64,000 bases of DNA from Amoebophrya sp. A120 (taxonomy: Eukaryota; Protista; Dinoflagellata): the NCBI GenBank assembly GCA_905178155.1, contig CAJINV010000001.1:12697136-12761135 (forward strand), read 5' to 3'. The translations under genes and the position numbers were made by a program. The notes beneath the pieces are model-generated. The model was given only the letters and a program-made list of their open reading frames with translations. It was not told where the DNA came from and made no database searches. This document shows, piece after piece, positions 24,829-36,779 of this stretch. Within the stretch, counting starts at the first letter, position 1. The number at the start of each line of letters is the position of its first letter.

Positions 24829-26583
24829 ATGCAGCACCAGACATCTGCGCCCATCCGCACCCGCAATTCTCCGGGCGGGGATGGAGCGATATTGCGGACG
24901 AAAAAAGAGCCCATCGCGCTTGCGGAAGATGAGATAAAGCTGCAGAGCAAGCCGGTGAGGAAAAAGACTAAGACGATGAAATCCGCTGAGAAGTCCTCCG
25001 ACCCAATCCACAACAAGCAAAATTCAATACTCGTCTCGGGCCAGCAACAGCCTGCTTTTGCGGAATGTGAAGACGTCGAAGATTGGGCACTGGCGCCAGC
25101 CGTGAAAAGCAGCCCGGTAGAAGATATTGGGCGCGAGGGCGTGAAGGACAGTGGGTTGGATGAAGATGGCTTCGCTGGAGATTGTTTCTGTGACCACGAC
25201 GCGGAAAACTTGTTTTGGTACGACAACGAACACGACGAGTACGATGACACGATGGGTTACGACGAGACTACTTCTGCTTACGAGGAGATGCAGGAGCCGT
25301 GGAATTGGGACGAAAACGCCGCTGATTGGGCCAGCGAGCAGAAGGAGGAGTCAAAAGACGCATCATCTTCATCGAAAAACAAGAAGAAGAAGAAGAACAA
25401 GCTCGTGAAAGGTGGGAAGGACAAGGACAAAACGAAGAAAGCGAAAAAGGTGTTGGTGCAAAAAGACAGCAAGACGCGCCATCATGTGTCGAAAAAGGAT
25501 AAAGGGCCGACCTTCGACAGTGTGGTTTTGTCCTCGGGCATGGAAGTTACGGCCACCGCCGTGAAAATCGGCGATCAGCTGTACCGGAAAGGGCGCTACG
25601 AGAAACACGGTTTGAAGCCCGTAAGCTTCAAGGTGCAAGACGAGCAGCACGAAATTCTGGTGAAGTACAAGCATTCTATCAAGGACCCGATAAAGCGGCT
25701 GCAGCTCGCCGGAGACCCAAACGTGGTTAAGAAAACGGTCGTCCGGGTGCCGCGCTGTCCGGAACCTGGGGTATTCTTCGAAAACACAGGCGATCGTATC
25801 TCGCAAAAGGTTTGGAGGGTGAGATATAAAGATTTGCAGGGAAAGTGGCGCCACAAAAGATTTAACTCGAAGGATTACGCTGATCCGCAGCACGGTGACG
25901 ACGATGGGCACCAACAGGAGGCCGCACAACAGCGCTGCATGGAAGCTGCGGTTAAATGGCTCCGGGAACATAAAGAAACCATGGCAAAGATACGGGGCCA
26001 GCAGGGGACGAAAAAGATCGTACTGAATATACTTAACTCACTTTGTGAATAATCTGAAACTGAATTGGAGGATGTCAGGCGACAGCATGATGTTCTCACA
26101 TGTCTTCCTACTATAATTCAAATAATGTGTTGGTGTGCCAGGGAGCAGCTGATGATCTTCAATGCGAATGTTTTGTGCTGTTGTTATGTTTCCCAGCAGG
26201 CAGCAGCACTAGCAACAGCATCATTTCTTTTTTTTTCGCAGGATCCTTCGGCAGCGGTTCGTAAGAGCGGTCTCCGTGGGGTGTGTTGGTCCCGACACTC
26301 CCATCATCCGCATCTCATGGGCTGGATGGCACATATTACATCCAAATCTTTTTGCGGAAAATCTGGCCGCGCGAGGGGCGACGGGCGAACGGTGAGGCGT
26401 TGCTTCAGGCTGGACAGCAGGGAGTACGAAGACGATCCCGAGGGCCTGGAGGAGGCGCTCGAGGACCTGCGGCAGAGGGCGGCCGGGCAGCGAAAGATCT
26501 GGGAGGAGCAGGTGTTCGTTGTCGAGGAAGCAAAACCGCGGGGGGTTGTCGAGCGGGAGAGCTTCCACTCAGGTGGTGAATAG
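24829..26583 (+). CDS. ApiAP2-like protein, unit 2 (intron 26020-26241)
   Basis: Paralog of unit 1 ([23 protein letters not shown]...[14 protein letters not shown]...PGVFF...WRVRY; KSGLRGVCW...GWMAHI), with the intron at the same position. Confidence 0.65.
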
Positions 26584-27356
26584 AAACATATGGTGGCTCG
26601 GTAACAGCAGCACGCAGGACTGGATTAGTGTTCGCTTGTCGATCTGGCCGAGACGGAACGAATAGTAGTACATGTATGATATTAGCGAGAGACTATGACT
26701 AGGGATAGTGACACGGCGCGCAGTTGTATCGCTTGCAGCTAGAAGCTTTCAGGGTTCACAGATGAGACTTTTGAAACTGAAGCAAGAATCTGAAGTCATT
26801 TTTAACCAAAGAAATTCATTAAGATGCAAATGCGCATGATATTACAGAAAAACACTAACCTTGCGCTTGCGTTGTGCTTTTCTGATTGCGTCTGTACAAT
26901 ACACCATCATCATCCATGACGAGACGAATGACATAGCAATTTTGGGCGATACGGAAATAATGTTTCAACACGTGCATATACGTTTCAAAGTGAAAATTGG
27001 ACCCACCGTGGTCGGTCAGTATAGGAGCAGCGTCAAACAGCTCGGCGAAAACAATTCTTGGTTGTGTTTGATGTTCCTGCATCGCATTTAATTAGGTGTG
27101 AGCCGGTGAGGGTGACACTGACAGGGTGGTTGATCTGGGCCCTAAAAGTGAGAGGACAGATGACGCCCAAACTTCTTGGGCGAGTTGAAAGAAAGACGAG
27201 AAGTTGGGAGAATGCTCAAGGCGTTACATGATTCATCTGCGAGGCGAGAGGACACAATTTCTACGAAAGTGCGTCGCAAATTGTGGAGCGCTGCTTTCGT
27301 CGCTGTGATGTCGTCACTTTGACACATAACTAGTTTCTGTTTTCAGGCAATAAAAC

Positions 27357-30055
27357 ATGATGAATGCACCAGCTCCAGCTCATGCGTGGAACGCCGACCA
27401 TGTGCTTGCCGGTCTTGCCGGATTGGGAGTTGTCACTTTGGTCGTGTTGGCAACGAAAGCAGCGACCTTCGTTGCTGAGGTGACGCAGCTGTTTCCAGTC
27501 GATACCGACGGAAGGAATTCCACACCACCGCTCGTGGTTGCCGTCATTGTCTGCACACTGTCGGCGCTCTACGTCTGGACCACAAGCAGTTTCCTGGCCC
27601 TCGCGAGAACTACAGCAGTGGGTGACGTTGATAAGCAAAAGACATCACCTGACTCTGCTGCAGCTGCCAACGTCGGCTTAACACCCTCGTCAGCCCAGAA
27701 GAGCAGAAACAGAAAGAAATTCGGTGACAAGAACACAACCAGTACACCAGCAGGAGGGGGTACTACTCTACGCAGTCGCGGCGGTACTAACCAGAAGAAA
27801 CCTAATATCGCACCCCCACTACAACTAGATGACGACCATGCGCAAAAGGAATACAGCGGATCGTTCGACGACTCGCACGAAACCTCGTCCCCATGCTCAG
27901 AGCCGGACGAGGACTGGTCGCCGCCGGCGGATAAGAACCAGGAAGTACGAATTTTCATGGACGGCGCCTTCGATCTGACCCACTACGGCCACTACAACGC
28001 GCTCCGCCTCGCCAAGTCCCTGGGGAATTACCTGGTGGTCGGGGTGAACAGTTCCGACTCCGTGCAGAAGTGCAAGGGTTTCGCACCGGTTTTGACCGAC
28101 GAAGAACGGTGCATCGCCGTCGAAAACTGCCAGTTCGTCGATGAGATCGTGCCCAAGTCCCCCTACGTCATGACCAAGGAATATATGATTTCCTTGATTG
28201 ACAGCCACAATACGCAACGGACACAATAAAGAACTTGTTACCGCTCATGATTGTTCCCTAGTACTGGTAGTTCTTACAGTGTGCAATTACTGCACAACTT
28301 TCTTGAGTGACATCAAAGCATAGGGTCTGGAAATACTGGTACACCGCATGCTACATGTACTTGTTATCGTACGAACAGTTTTTGTGCCCGGAGAGACGGC
28401 ATTTCATTCTTCTTGTATGTGCGCCTGAGCGGTAAAAAATTTCCAGTGAATAGATGAAATCGATTACTTCGTGCACGGGTCGGATCCCTGCCTGGTGGAC
28501 GGCGTTGATGTGTATGAGGAGGCGCGAAGAATGGGTCGGTTCCGCATGGTGCCCCGGACCAAGGGGATCTCCACGACGGACATCGTCGGTCGCATGCTGC
28601 TCTACGGCCAGACGCAGCAGTTCGGGGGTGACGCGAACAATGCGGCGGACGAGATGAAAGAGGCACGGATATCCTGTGTAAAAACGTCCCCACCCCATAT
28701 TTGCAATGCAAATCTGCATGCTGCAAATATTTCTCATGCGGAGTTGCATGAGAAGCATTTCCTAGTCTTGTTTCGGAATTTGTCATGCTACAATCAGCAT
28801 GATATGCTGGATATGTGATGCTGCCGAACTAGCCAAACATTATTACGCTACGAGGCCAAACCTGTCATGCGCAACAGCCAAAGCTTGTTGACTTGTGTAG
28901 CAGATTTCCCATCTTCACTATGGGGTGGGGACGTTTTTACACAGGATAACGGAAAAGCAGTCGAAGCAGAACGCAAACTTCCGAGCAGGACGACATGCTT
29001 CGGGCGTCCGCGGTGGTCTATCAAAGAAAAAAGTTCGTCACGATCACTCATGGGCATTTTTGCAATACAAAAAATGCCTGCCACGCGTAAAAGTGCATCA
29101 CAGCCAAACGTTACACAGGATTTCCCTTAGTGTTTCTGCAATACATGGAAAAGCTGTGATGCTAAAAAAATTAGTAATGCTAAGTCTCCAAGTTAATGAC
29201 TGTGACAAACTTTTGTCTTTCTATATGGTCAGGTCCAAGAGTACTGCGTCGAAGAGCGAGGAGGTGGAGGGGGAGCCGCCGTCGATAGTGGATTCGGTTG
29301 TAACCACTAGCAGCGACCATAGAGATAGGGTAGAAAAAGTAGAGCAACAGCAGCTGTCAAGCTCCGCCAAGAGCAGCAACGTTAATAAACAGGCGCGCGG
29401 TCGGCCTCGTGCTGTAGCTGCAACAGGTGGTGCAGCAGGCGCCGCAGCATCTTCGTCCCAATACGAGGGTAAAAATAAAAGTTCCGCTGCGAAAAACTCC
29501 GAGCTGCTGCAGCTGCAGTCGCGGTTTTACAGCACCACGGCGCTGCTTCGCGCCTTCAGTGAACACTGCGAGCCGCCGCTGCCCGGCCAGCGGGTGGTGT
29601 ATTTTCCCCATTCGTGGGACATGTACTGCGCCACACACATCCTCGCGATGCAAGAGGCAAAACAACAGGGTGACTACCTGCTCATCGGCGTGTACAGTGA
29701 CGCGCTGCTGAACGACGTCGAGGACCAGCCACCCATCCTGACGTTTTACGAGCGGACGTTGTCGGTCCTCGGCTGTTCGTTCACCAACGACATTCTGCTG
29801 CCCGCGCCACCCGTGGTTTCCGAAAAGTTCCTGCAGGAGTTCGACATTTCCGTGGTCTGTGTCATGGACCACGCGACGGCGCAGCCGACGCAATTGCACC
29901 AGAGCATCATCGACGCGAACCTGTCCGTTCCCGTGCACAAAATCCGCCCCAAGATGGAACTGGATAAGAAAGCCATCCTCACCCGCGTCTTCGAAAACCA
30001 CGAGGCGTTCCAGACCAAATACCAAAAAAAAATCGTCACGGAGCTGGCATACTGA
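27357..30055 (+). CDS. PCYT2: Ethanolamine-phosphate cytidylyltransferase (ECT/PCYT2-like) with N-terminal TM segments, split by 3 introners
   Basis: First CT domain: DGAFDLTHYGH, LVVGVNS, DEERC, PYV, IDYFVHGSDP, RTKGISTTDIVGRML. Second CT domain: GDYLLIGVYSD...PILTFYERTLSVLGC. Confidence 0.88.
28211..28452. mobile_element. Degenerate introner, ~242 bp
   Basis: The right end reverse-complements to TATTCACTGGAAA (TAT-N7-AAA). Inner IR TTACCGCTCA/TGAGCGGTAA. Left end and direct repeat are decayed. Removing element plus 5 nt gives LIDSH(K/E)IDYFVHG. Confidence 0.6.
28670..28948. mobile_element. Introner, 279 bp, perfect 30-bp IR
   Basis: TATCCTGTGTAAAAACGTCCCCACCCCATA at both ends (inverted). 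ACGGA direct repeats at 28665-28669 and 28949-28953. Confidence 0.95.
29019..29225. mobile_element. Introner, 207 bp
   Basis: TATCAAAGAAAAAAGTTCGTCAC vs right-end reverse complement TATAGAAAGACAAAAGTTTGTCAC. TGGTC direct repeats at 29014-29018 and 29226-29230. Removal gives RASAVV-RSKSTASK. Confidence 0.88.
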
Positions 30056-30664
30056 TACTGATGAGAAGAGGACGGACTGCTTCTGTTGCCAGCAGACTTT
30101 TCATCTTCTTCGACCAACTTTGTCGCTTCTTCCATCATCATCCATCGTCCCGTTTGACAGAAAGTTTCTTCCACCTCTTCTAGATGATTAGTAACGAAAT
30201 TCAGAGAAAAAGAAAATTATTGGAGCGATAAGCACGTCGTTATTTCGTGCAGGAGCTCGGAAGACCGTCCCTCGCCAAGTACCTGTGCAATGCAGCAATT
30301 CTTTGCAAGAACGACACCCTGACAACGACAGGATCATGCTTTCTACCACGACCATGTACAAAACATGCTTGATCACACTATCTCGAAGATGATGACCACA
30401 CGACAAGGAATGTAACGAAAAATAACGACCTAAAGCTAATTTAGATTTATCGAATAAGCCGCCTCTTTTTCTAGTAGAGTACCCCTTCGGAACAGACGGG
30501 TAGCAGATGGGTTTACACCGCATAAAAAGCGCGGCTTGTTTACCGCGCATTTTTTGTATTCTACCGCTTGAGCTTCGTTTGCCATTTATTCTTTTTGCGT
30601 CGGTATCGAGTCAGAGCGACGTATCGCGAGTCTTGGTAGAAAATCGTGTGCAGTTGTGGTGAAA

Positions 30665-30742
30665 CTTGCGGGAAAGATTTCATCGAGTAGTCATGTAGCT
30701 TGACTCGGCTACATGACTACTCGATGAAATCTTTCCCGCAAG
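30665..30742. repeat. Perfect 35-bp inverted repeat with 8-nt loop
   Basis: CTTGCGGGAAAGATTTCATCGAGTAGTCATGTAGC (30665-30699), loop TTGACTCG, then the exact reverse complement (30708-30742). Confidence 0.95.
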
Positions 30743-31133
30743 AGAGTCAAACGTAATGAATTGGCGTTTCAGAGCCCGCGGTGAGTGTCGACGGATGCGC
30801 AGTGGGAGAGAGCTTTTTGGTAGCGCATCATTGTCTGTTTGCGATGCTTTCTTTCGTTGCTTCGTCGTAGACGCCGAAAAAATTGAAGATTAGACAGGCT
30901 CCGACATTCCGATCGGCAGTCTGTTTCCGTGTTTTCGTTTATCTATTTCTTGAAGGAAATTAAGCTCGCTTTATAAACTTCGTGGTGGAATCGAGTTGCT
31001 ACGTAGTAGAACAAAAATTGTCATTCGGCACGTCGGCAACCGCTATTGCACGTGAACGTAGATAGGCGCATACAGGAGTTCTTCAGTGCAACGTAGATAT
31101 AAACAACTCAGTACACACACGCGCAATTTGAAG

Positions 31134-33305
31134 ATGGGCGCGACGCGAGCACCTGCTGCCAAGTTGGTCAAGAAGGGCGACCCGAAGGTTGGCAAGAAAA
31201 CGGGGCGATCAAATGGCAAAGCGAAGCTCATGGGCAAGGTGAAACTGGTAGAAAAGGCAAAGAACAAGAAGGAGAAGCAAAAAACTACTACAAGTACTAG
31301 CACTAACACTAAGCAGGCGTATCACATCCGCAAACGGAACAGCTACATCGAGTATGACCCTGACGAGAATGAGGAAGATTTTTACGAGTACGAAGACGAT
31401 AACCATCCCGACGAGGTGAACTACGACGATTTGGTGGCCCAGTGGGCGGATTGGGACGGAGATGAAAATTGGAACGAGGAGGACAAGCCCTCTAAACCAG
31501 CGCGGAATAAGATAAAAGCAGCATCTACTTCCACTTCAAAAAAGAAAACCACGCAACAAGATCACGAATACGCGATTGTCTTGAAAAGTGACAAGAAGGG
31601 GGGCAAAGGCAAGGCCAAAGGGAAAAAAGGAAAAAAGACTTCCATGAAGAAAGAGTCGGAGCAAAAAATCAAAATGCCGAAGTATGACAGTGTTGTGCTA
31701 TCTTCCGGTGTTGAGGTGGAGGCTACCGCCGTCAAAGTCGGGGACCAGCTGTACGTGAAGCCGCGTGGCAAGAAGAACGCGAATAAGTTAAAACCCCTGG
31801 ACGTGAAGCCGCACGACGAGCAGCAGGAAATTTTGTGGAAGTACCGGCACACGATCAAGGATCCGATCCAGCGCCTGCAGCTCGCCGGAGCAGACGTCGT
31901 GAAAAAGTCCGTCCTCCGCGTCTCAACAGTCCACTGCTCGGAACCCGGGATTTCCTTCGTGTCTCGGGGCGACCGCATTTCGAACAAGATTTGGGTGGTG
32001 CAGTACAAGGACTTGCAGGAGAAGCGACACAACAAGTGGTTCAACTGCAAGCACTACGTCGATCTGCGAGATAAGGAGGAAGAAAGAGTATGAGAGTGCA
32101 CAGTGACAGTGCTTTCTCCTGCCCTCCATTTTTGTCTTTGTATGTGATAGTGAATGCCAGCATGCTAGAGAGCGTAAGCGTATAGTGGCTGCGGCTCCAG
32201 GAGAACAAAGACCAGCGATAGTACCGCACTGGCTTCTGCATGACCAACGCACATGCGGACGCTAGAAGTAAAAGTGGTGTAGATTTCTTGGCTTGCGCAG
32301 CAACGCTGTGCTACAGCGCATCAGCACTGAGAATCAAGTCCTGTTGTTGCCGCGAGACAGGCGAAGCAAGGCGAGGAAAGCTGCTGTTGTGCACGCTTAT
32401 AGCACGAGGAGAAGGCAAAAAAACGCTGCATGGCCGTCGCGGTCAATTGGCTACGTGACCACAAGGAAAACTTGGAGAAAGAGAAGCAGAAACAAGGCAA
32501 GAAGGAGATCAAAAAAATCGTAATACTAAAGTCGATATTTGAAACATGATATGCATTAATAGAAGTGTCTACATGATCATGATTGTCTTGCACTTGCTTT
32601 CTGATGCTGTTTGCGGATGCGGACAATATCTTTCGCTTTCCAACGCGCTGCTTTTGCTTACCCTAAATCGGTAGAAATGCAAATTTTTATCAGGATCCGC
32701 TTGCTCGCAAGAGCGGCGTGCTTGGAGTCGGGTGGTATCGCTGCCCCGAGTATCCGCACTTCGTTGGCTGGAGAGCCCATATATCGTCCAAATCCTTTTG
32801 TGGGGTCAACGAGAAGGGCAACGGGCGGAACGTGGGACGCATTTTCAAACTCGACAGCAGGGACTACAAGGACGATTCCGAGGGACTAGAGGAGGAGCTC
32901 GAGAACCTGCGCCAAAAGGCGGCCGCGCAGCGGAAGGCCTGGGAGCAGCAGGTCTTCGTCTTTGAAGAGGCCAAGTACCCGCAGCAGGTAGCTAAGAAAC
33001 CGGAGCAGCTGGTGTACGGACACGGAAAGAAAGTGCACGACTTTGAATACCGACAACCCAGAAGCGGAGCCGCGATCTTGATGAATGGCAGCGGTACAGC
33101 TGAGTTTATTTCCTACATGTCAACTTGGATTTCAATTTTCTTTGCAAAGTGGTCGCTTGAAGTTATATGGTTCTCAAATCCGTTCTCTTCACAGCTGGCC
33201 GCATGCAGCCGAGTAGTTCTTCCTCGTCCTCGACGGCGCTCGTTGCCACCAGCAGTAGCTCCTCTGGGCGGAGGTAGTACACCAGCACACAAAGACCACC
33301 TTTGA
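31134..33305 (+). CDS. ApiAP2-like protein, unit 3 (introns 32088-32402, 32520-32693)
   Basis: Paralog of units 1 and 2 ([24 protein letters not shown]; EPGISF...WVVQY; KSGVLGVGW...[13 protein letters not shown]). The 3' end is uncertain. Confidence 0.7.
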
Positions 33306-34372
33306 CGACCGCTTGAGGGCTGCTCGTGGTCTCTGTTGCCATTCATTTTCCAGCGTGAGTCATCGATCGCCCGTGTTGGTGTTCCTGTGTACGCGCCGCG
33401 CCGTGTCTGTAGCATCTTGATCTTTGCCTAGAGACCACGTCGCACGGTTCCGGTGCCATGTAAAATTCGAGTTCCTCCTCATCGGCTGCTCCTACTGCGA
33501 GGCCATTCTTTCCCCAGGATGTCCGCGTAGCTGCAAACTGTCACAAGAAGTGTAGGATGTTGACAATGACACCGCCAAACGCCAGCAATAATGCGGAGCA
33601 GAGATAGAAGATGAAATAGAAAATATTTGACTTCTACTTCTTTAAAAAATCGTAATCTACCATGATGTATCAAAAAACCCACTGTATCGAAAGCAAAACA
33701 GGATCAGATTTCTCAATTTGAATCGCGGCCTTCTACGTACGAACACGGGCTCGCAGCTATCCCCACCCTTGTATCTCGCAATTACTTCTACCAACAAAAA
33801 AAGAAGAAAGTTCTTTTGACGTGGAGACAGATGACAATGGATGAGAATATTAGCGCCGATTGTCGAAGACCCTCCCCAGCATCATCTTCACGGATGTGAT
33901 TCCCTAAACTGTTCGACAGAGCCAGAGGGCAATCCAATCAGTCGTTGTGTTTCAGCATGTTCGCATCGTTATAGGGTTTGTTGGTTTTCCCATCGTGTAC
34001 AGAAGTTTTGGGGTCGTGTCCTCGTGAAATTGATTATCTGGGGCAAGTGAAACCGATGCCTAGAAGGTATACTCAAAGTAATTGGGTTGTCGAATCCACC
34101 TGTTGGTGTTGCTAGGCCGATGGACAAGGGAAAAGTTGAATAAGTAAGTAGACATGAACTCTTGTGCTAGTTCAGATGGTCGCCCGCGTACGGATCGAAT
34201 CCTGTTGGTCGCATCGTCTTTCGCACGTATTTTTAGTTTTTGCTGTACTTCTAGGGCTAAGTGTTGGTATCAACTTGCTATCACAGGGTCTGGGCGCGGT
34301 GTGGTGATGATCGCGTATCACCTTGTTGATACAGAGTTCACTACTTCTCAAACTCACAAGTAGCCCGAAAGC

Positions 34373-36424
34373 ATGTTGCGACGCCGACACACTAAAAGCA
34401 AGACCCCAGGTGGTCAATATGGATGGCATTCGCCGATGAGCTCATTGTATTTAACAACTGCTCGCTCTACCTCAAGCCGCCCCCAGACAAACCGCAGGAG
34501 CATAACATCCATCATGTCCTCCACTGCAAAAGCCTGCGTTGTTGTTTTGCTGACCAGCGAATTAACCTCGTTGCTGGCACTGCCTGCCGCGGCACAGGAA
34601 GTATCAGTAGAGAAAACCAGCGACCGTACAACTAGTTCTCCTGGTACAACCGGTGTCTCTTCCACCTCTGCTTCATCCGCAGCTTCGCGTTACAAGCCGA
34701 ATCGCGCGGCGCATGAAGACGTTGTGCGAGGTAGCGGTGGGCAGGATGAAAACCACGCGGCACATGATCAAGTCGTGGACCATCGCAGGGACGCCAAGCT
34801 GACCGATGTTGAGATGATGAGCGAGGTGCGGGAATATGAAGAGGTTAAACAGGCAGCAGAGATCGACGAGAAGGAAAATCAGCGACTGGCCGAGCTCGCG
34901 CGACAGCGACAGCGACAAAAGCAGTTGCAAGATGAAATAGCCATAGCGGAGGAAGACGAGGAAAAAGAACGGTTCGAACACGCAAATGTCCATCAATCTG
35001 ACCGAAAGCTCGTGGATTATCATCATCCAGGAGCAGCACCAGTACCAGTAGCTGTTGCAGCAGAAGCCGCAGAACCAGAAGATGGTGCCAAAGCCAATCC
35101 CACCTCGTCCGCGCTGCTGCAGCTGAAGATGACCAAACAGATCGGCACACTGAAAAACACCGCCGACCCAAATGCCACAGACAGAAGTGAACAGGCGGCA
35201 ATGAATGCGGTCAAAGCTCCGGACGACGACGAAGTGACGGCGGCCGCGACGCCTGCGGACGCGGAGCACCAGCGAAACGAAGTGCTGCACGAAAAGAACC
35301 AACTGAAAAAGCTCTCGGAGTCTGTGCAGGCCCGCATGAAGGTCGTAAACGCCGATTTTTCCTGTTTGACGCACGTGTGCAGTGTGACATTCCCCGAAAG
35401 TCCCAGCACGCCGATCAAATACACGCTGGATGTGGACATCAAGTGCGAGAACACCGCGGATTGCAAGGTGAAGTGCTGTTCCTACATGTACTGCTATGTC
35501 AACGTGGACAAGGACGTGGTCGTGGACTACATGCTGAGTGGCATGTCCGAAGCAGTTTCGAAGCGAACGCAACTCATGTTTGACGCGTGCCGTGACGAGA
35601 GGATCGTGAAGAACGTCGATGTCCCCCAGTACCAAAGTGACGACGGACAAATCAGTTCCGATCGCTTCATGGAGCTCCAAAACTTCGTTTCGCCGCATGA
35701 CTGCTACCACCGGACGGGGTTTTTTCACTTCCCGGTGATCGGACCGGAATCGAAGCAGTACCTGCGAAGTCTCAGCACCGAGGACGGCGTTAAAGCAGTG
35801 AAGCACAGCTTGCCGCGCGCGCAACCGCTCACCCGCGAAAACGACTTGAAAAATTTGGAGGACTCTGACGTGTTTACGGACATCAAAGAAAAAGCGAATC
35901 CGCAGCCTGACGACGCCAGCAACTTCGATTTTGCGCTCCGGGGATCCTACACCATCAGCTCCACAACCTACGCATGGGAGGATCCTCTTCTGAAAATTGA
36001 TTCGCACGGCCTCGTCGGCGACATCAACAACGAGGACGAGAATAGCGGGAAAACACAGGGCGTCAACACGGAAGAGCACATGACCGGAAAGATTTTGCGG
36101 CTGATCGTCTCAGATTCGCGCGGGCACAACTACCCCCGGCTGGATGCGGCCTACTCGGAACGGTTGAGCGACTGGAGGATTCCCTACAGCCGTGAGGCCA
36201 ACGTGGTGCTAGGGGATTCGCAAAAGCTCGGGATTCCCCTCAAGCAGTGTTGTTCCTTCGTCATCCAGGCTTACACGGGAGCGAACTTTTTCAACCAGTA
36301 CCAAGAGATTACGGAACGATTCGTCTCTCGAAACTGCGTCGTGTTTGCAGCAAATATGCACGAGCACCTGTACGGTGAGCAAAATATCGAAGGATCAACC
36401 AACAACAGCGAAAGCACGAGATGA
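34373..36424 (+). CDS. Putative secreted hypothetical protein with Cys-rich segments
   Basis: 683-aa ORF with a signal-like hydrophobic stretch (ACVVVLLTSELTSLLALPAAAQ) and Cys clusters. It is the last + strand gene. Confidence 0.65.
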   Translation: MLRRRHTKSKTPGGQYGWHSPMSSLYLTTARSTSSRPQTNRRSITSIMSSTAKACVVVLLTSELTSLLALPAAAQEVSVEKTSDRTTSSPGTTGVSSTSASSAASRYKPNRAAHEDVVRGSGGQDENHAAHDQVVDHRRDAKLTDVEMMSEVREYEEVKQAAEIDEKENQRLAELARQRQRQKQLQDEIAIAEEDEEKERFEHANVHQSDRKLVDYHHPGAAPVPVAVAAEAAEPEDGAKANPTSSALLQLKMTKQIGTLKNTADPNATDRSEQAAMNAVKAPDDDEVTAAATPADAEHQRNEVLHEKNQLKKLSESVQARMKVVNADFSCLTHVCSVTFPESPSTPIKYTLDVDIKCENTADCKVKCCSYMYCYVNVDKDVVVDYMLSGMSEAVSKRTQLMFDACRDERIVKNVDVPQYQSDDGQISSDRFMELQNFVSPHDCYHRTGFFHFPVIGPESKQYLRSLSTEDGVKAVKHSLPRAQPLTRENDLKNLEDSDVFTDIKEKANPQPDDASNFDFALRGSYTISSTTYAWEDPLLKIDSHGLVGDINNEDENSGKTQGVNTEEHMTGKILRLIVSDSRGHNYPRLDAAYSERLSDWRIPYSREANVVLGDSQKLGIPLKQCCSFVIQAYTGANFFNQYQEITERFVSRNCVVFAANMHEHLYGEQNIEGSTNNSESTR

Positions 36425-36779
36425 GTCTAGGTAGCATGTTGAGTTTTTGATTCGATATCTTCACAACATCATAACGTTGATTGTTGGAAGAAAAAAGAAA
36501 CTGCGTGCGAATACTGAAGAAAATGTATACATAGTGCTTACGTTACGAAATAAAAATGAATCAGAATCGATGATCAGCTTCCAACTTCAATGCAATCAAG
36601 ATCTCTTAGGGCCTTGAACCCAACACAATATAAGAAAGAACAAAGCTCATAACTGCAACTCCAAGAAAATTTATTTCGAAATCAGAACGAAAATAAGAAG
36701 ACGCGAGACATGCACGCTTGCAGAGCGAGCCGAAAAGAGAACAACAACGAGCATACAACGACACTCGGTAAATTCCATC

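Noticed and set aside
34673-36079. 468-aa antisense ORF, and similar shadow ORFs opposite the GC-rich genes
   Set aside because: Antisense shadows expected from biased codon usage, with no motifs.
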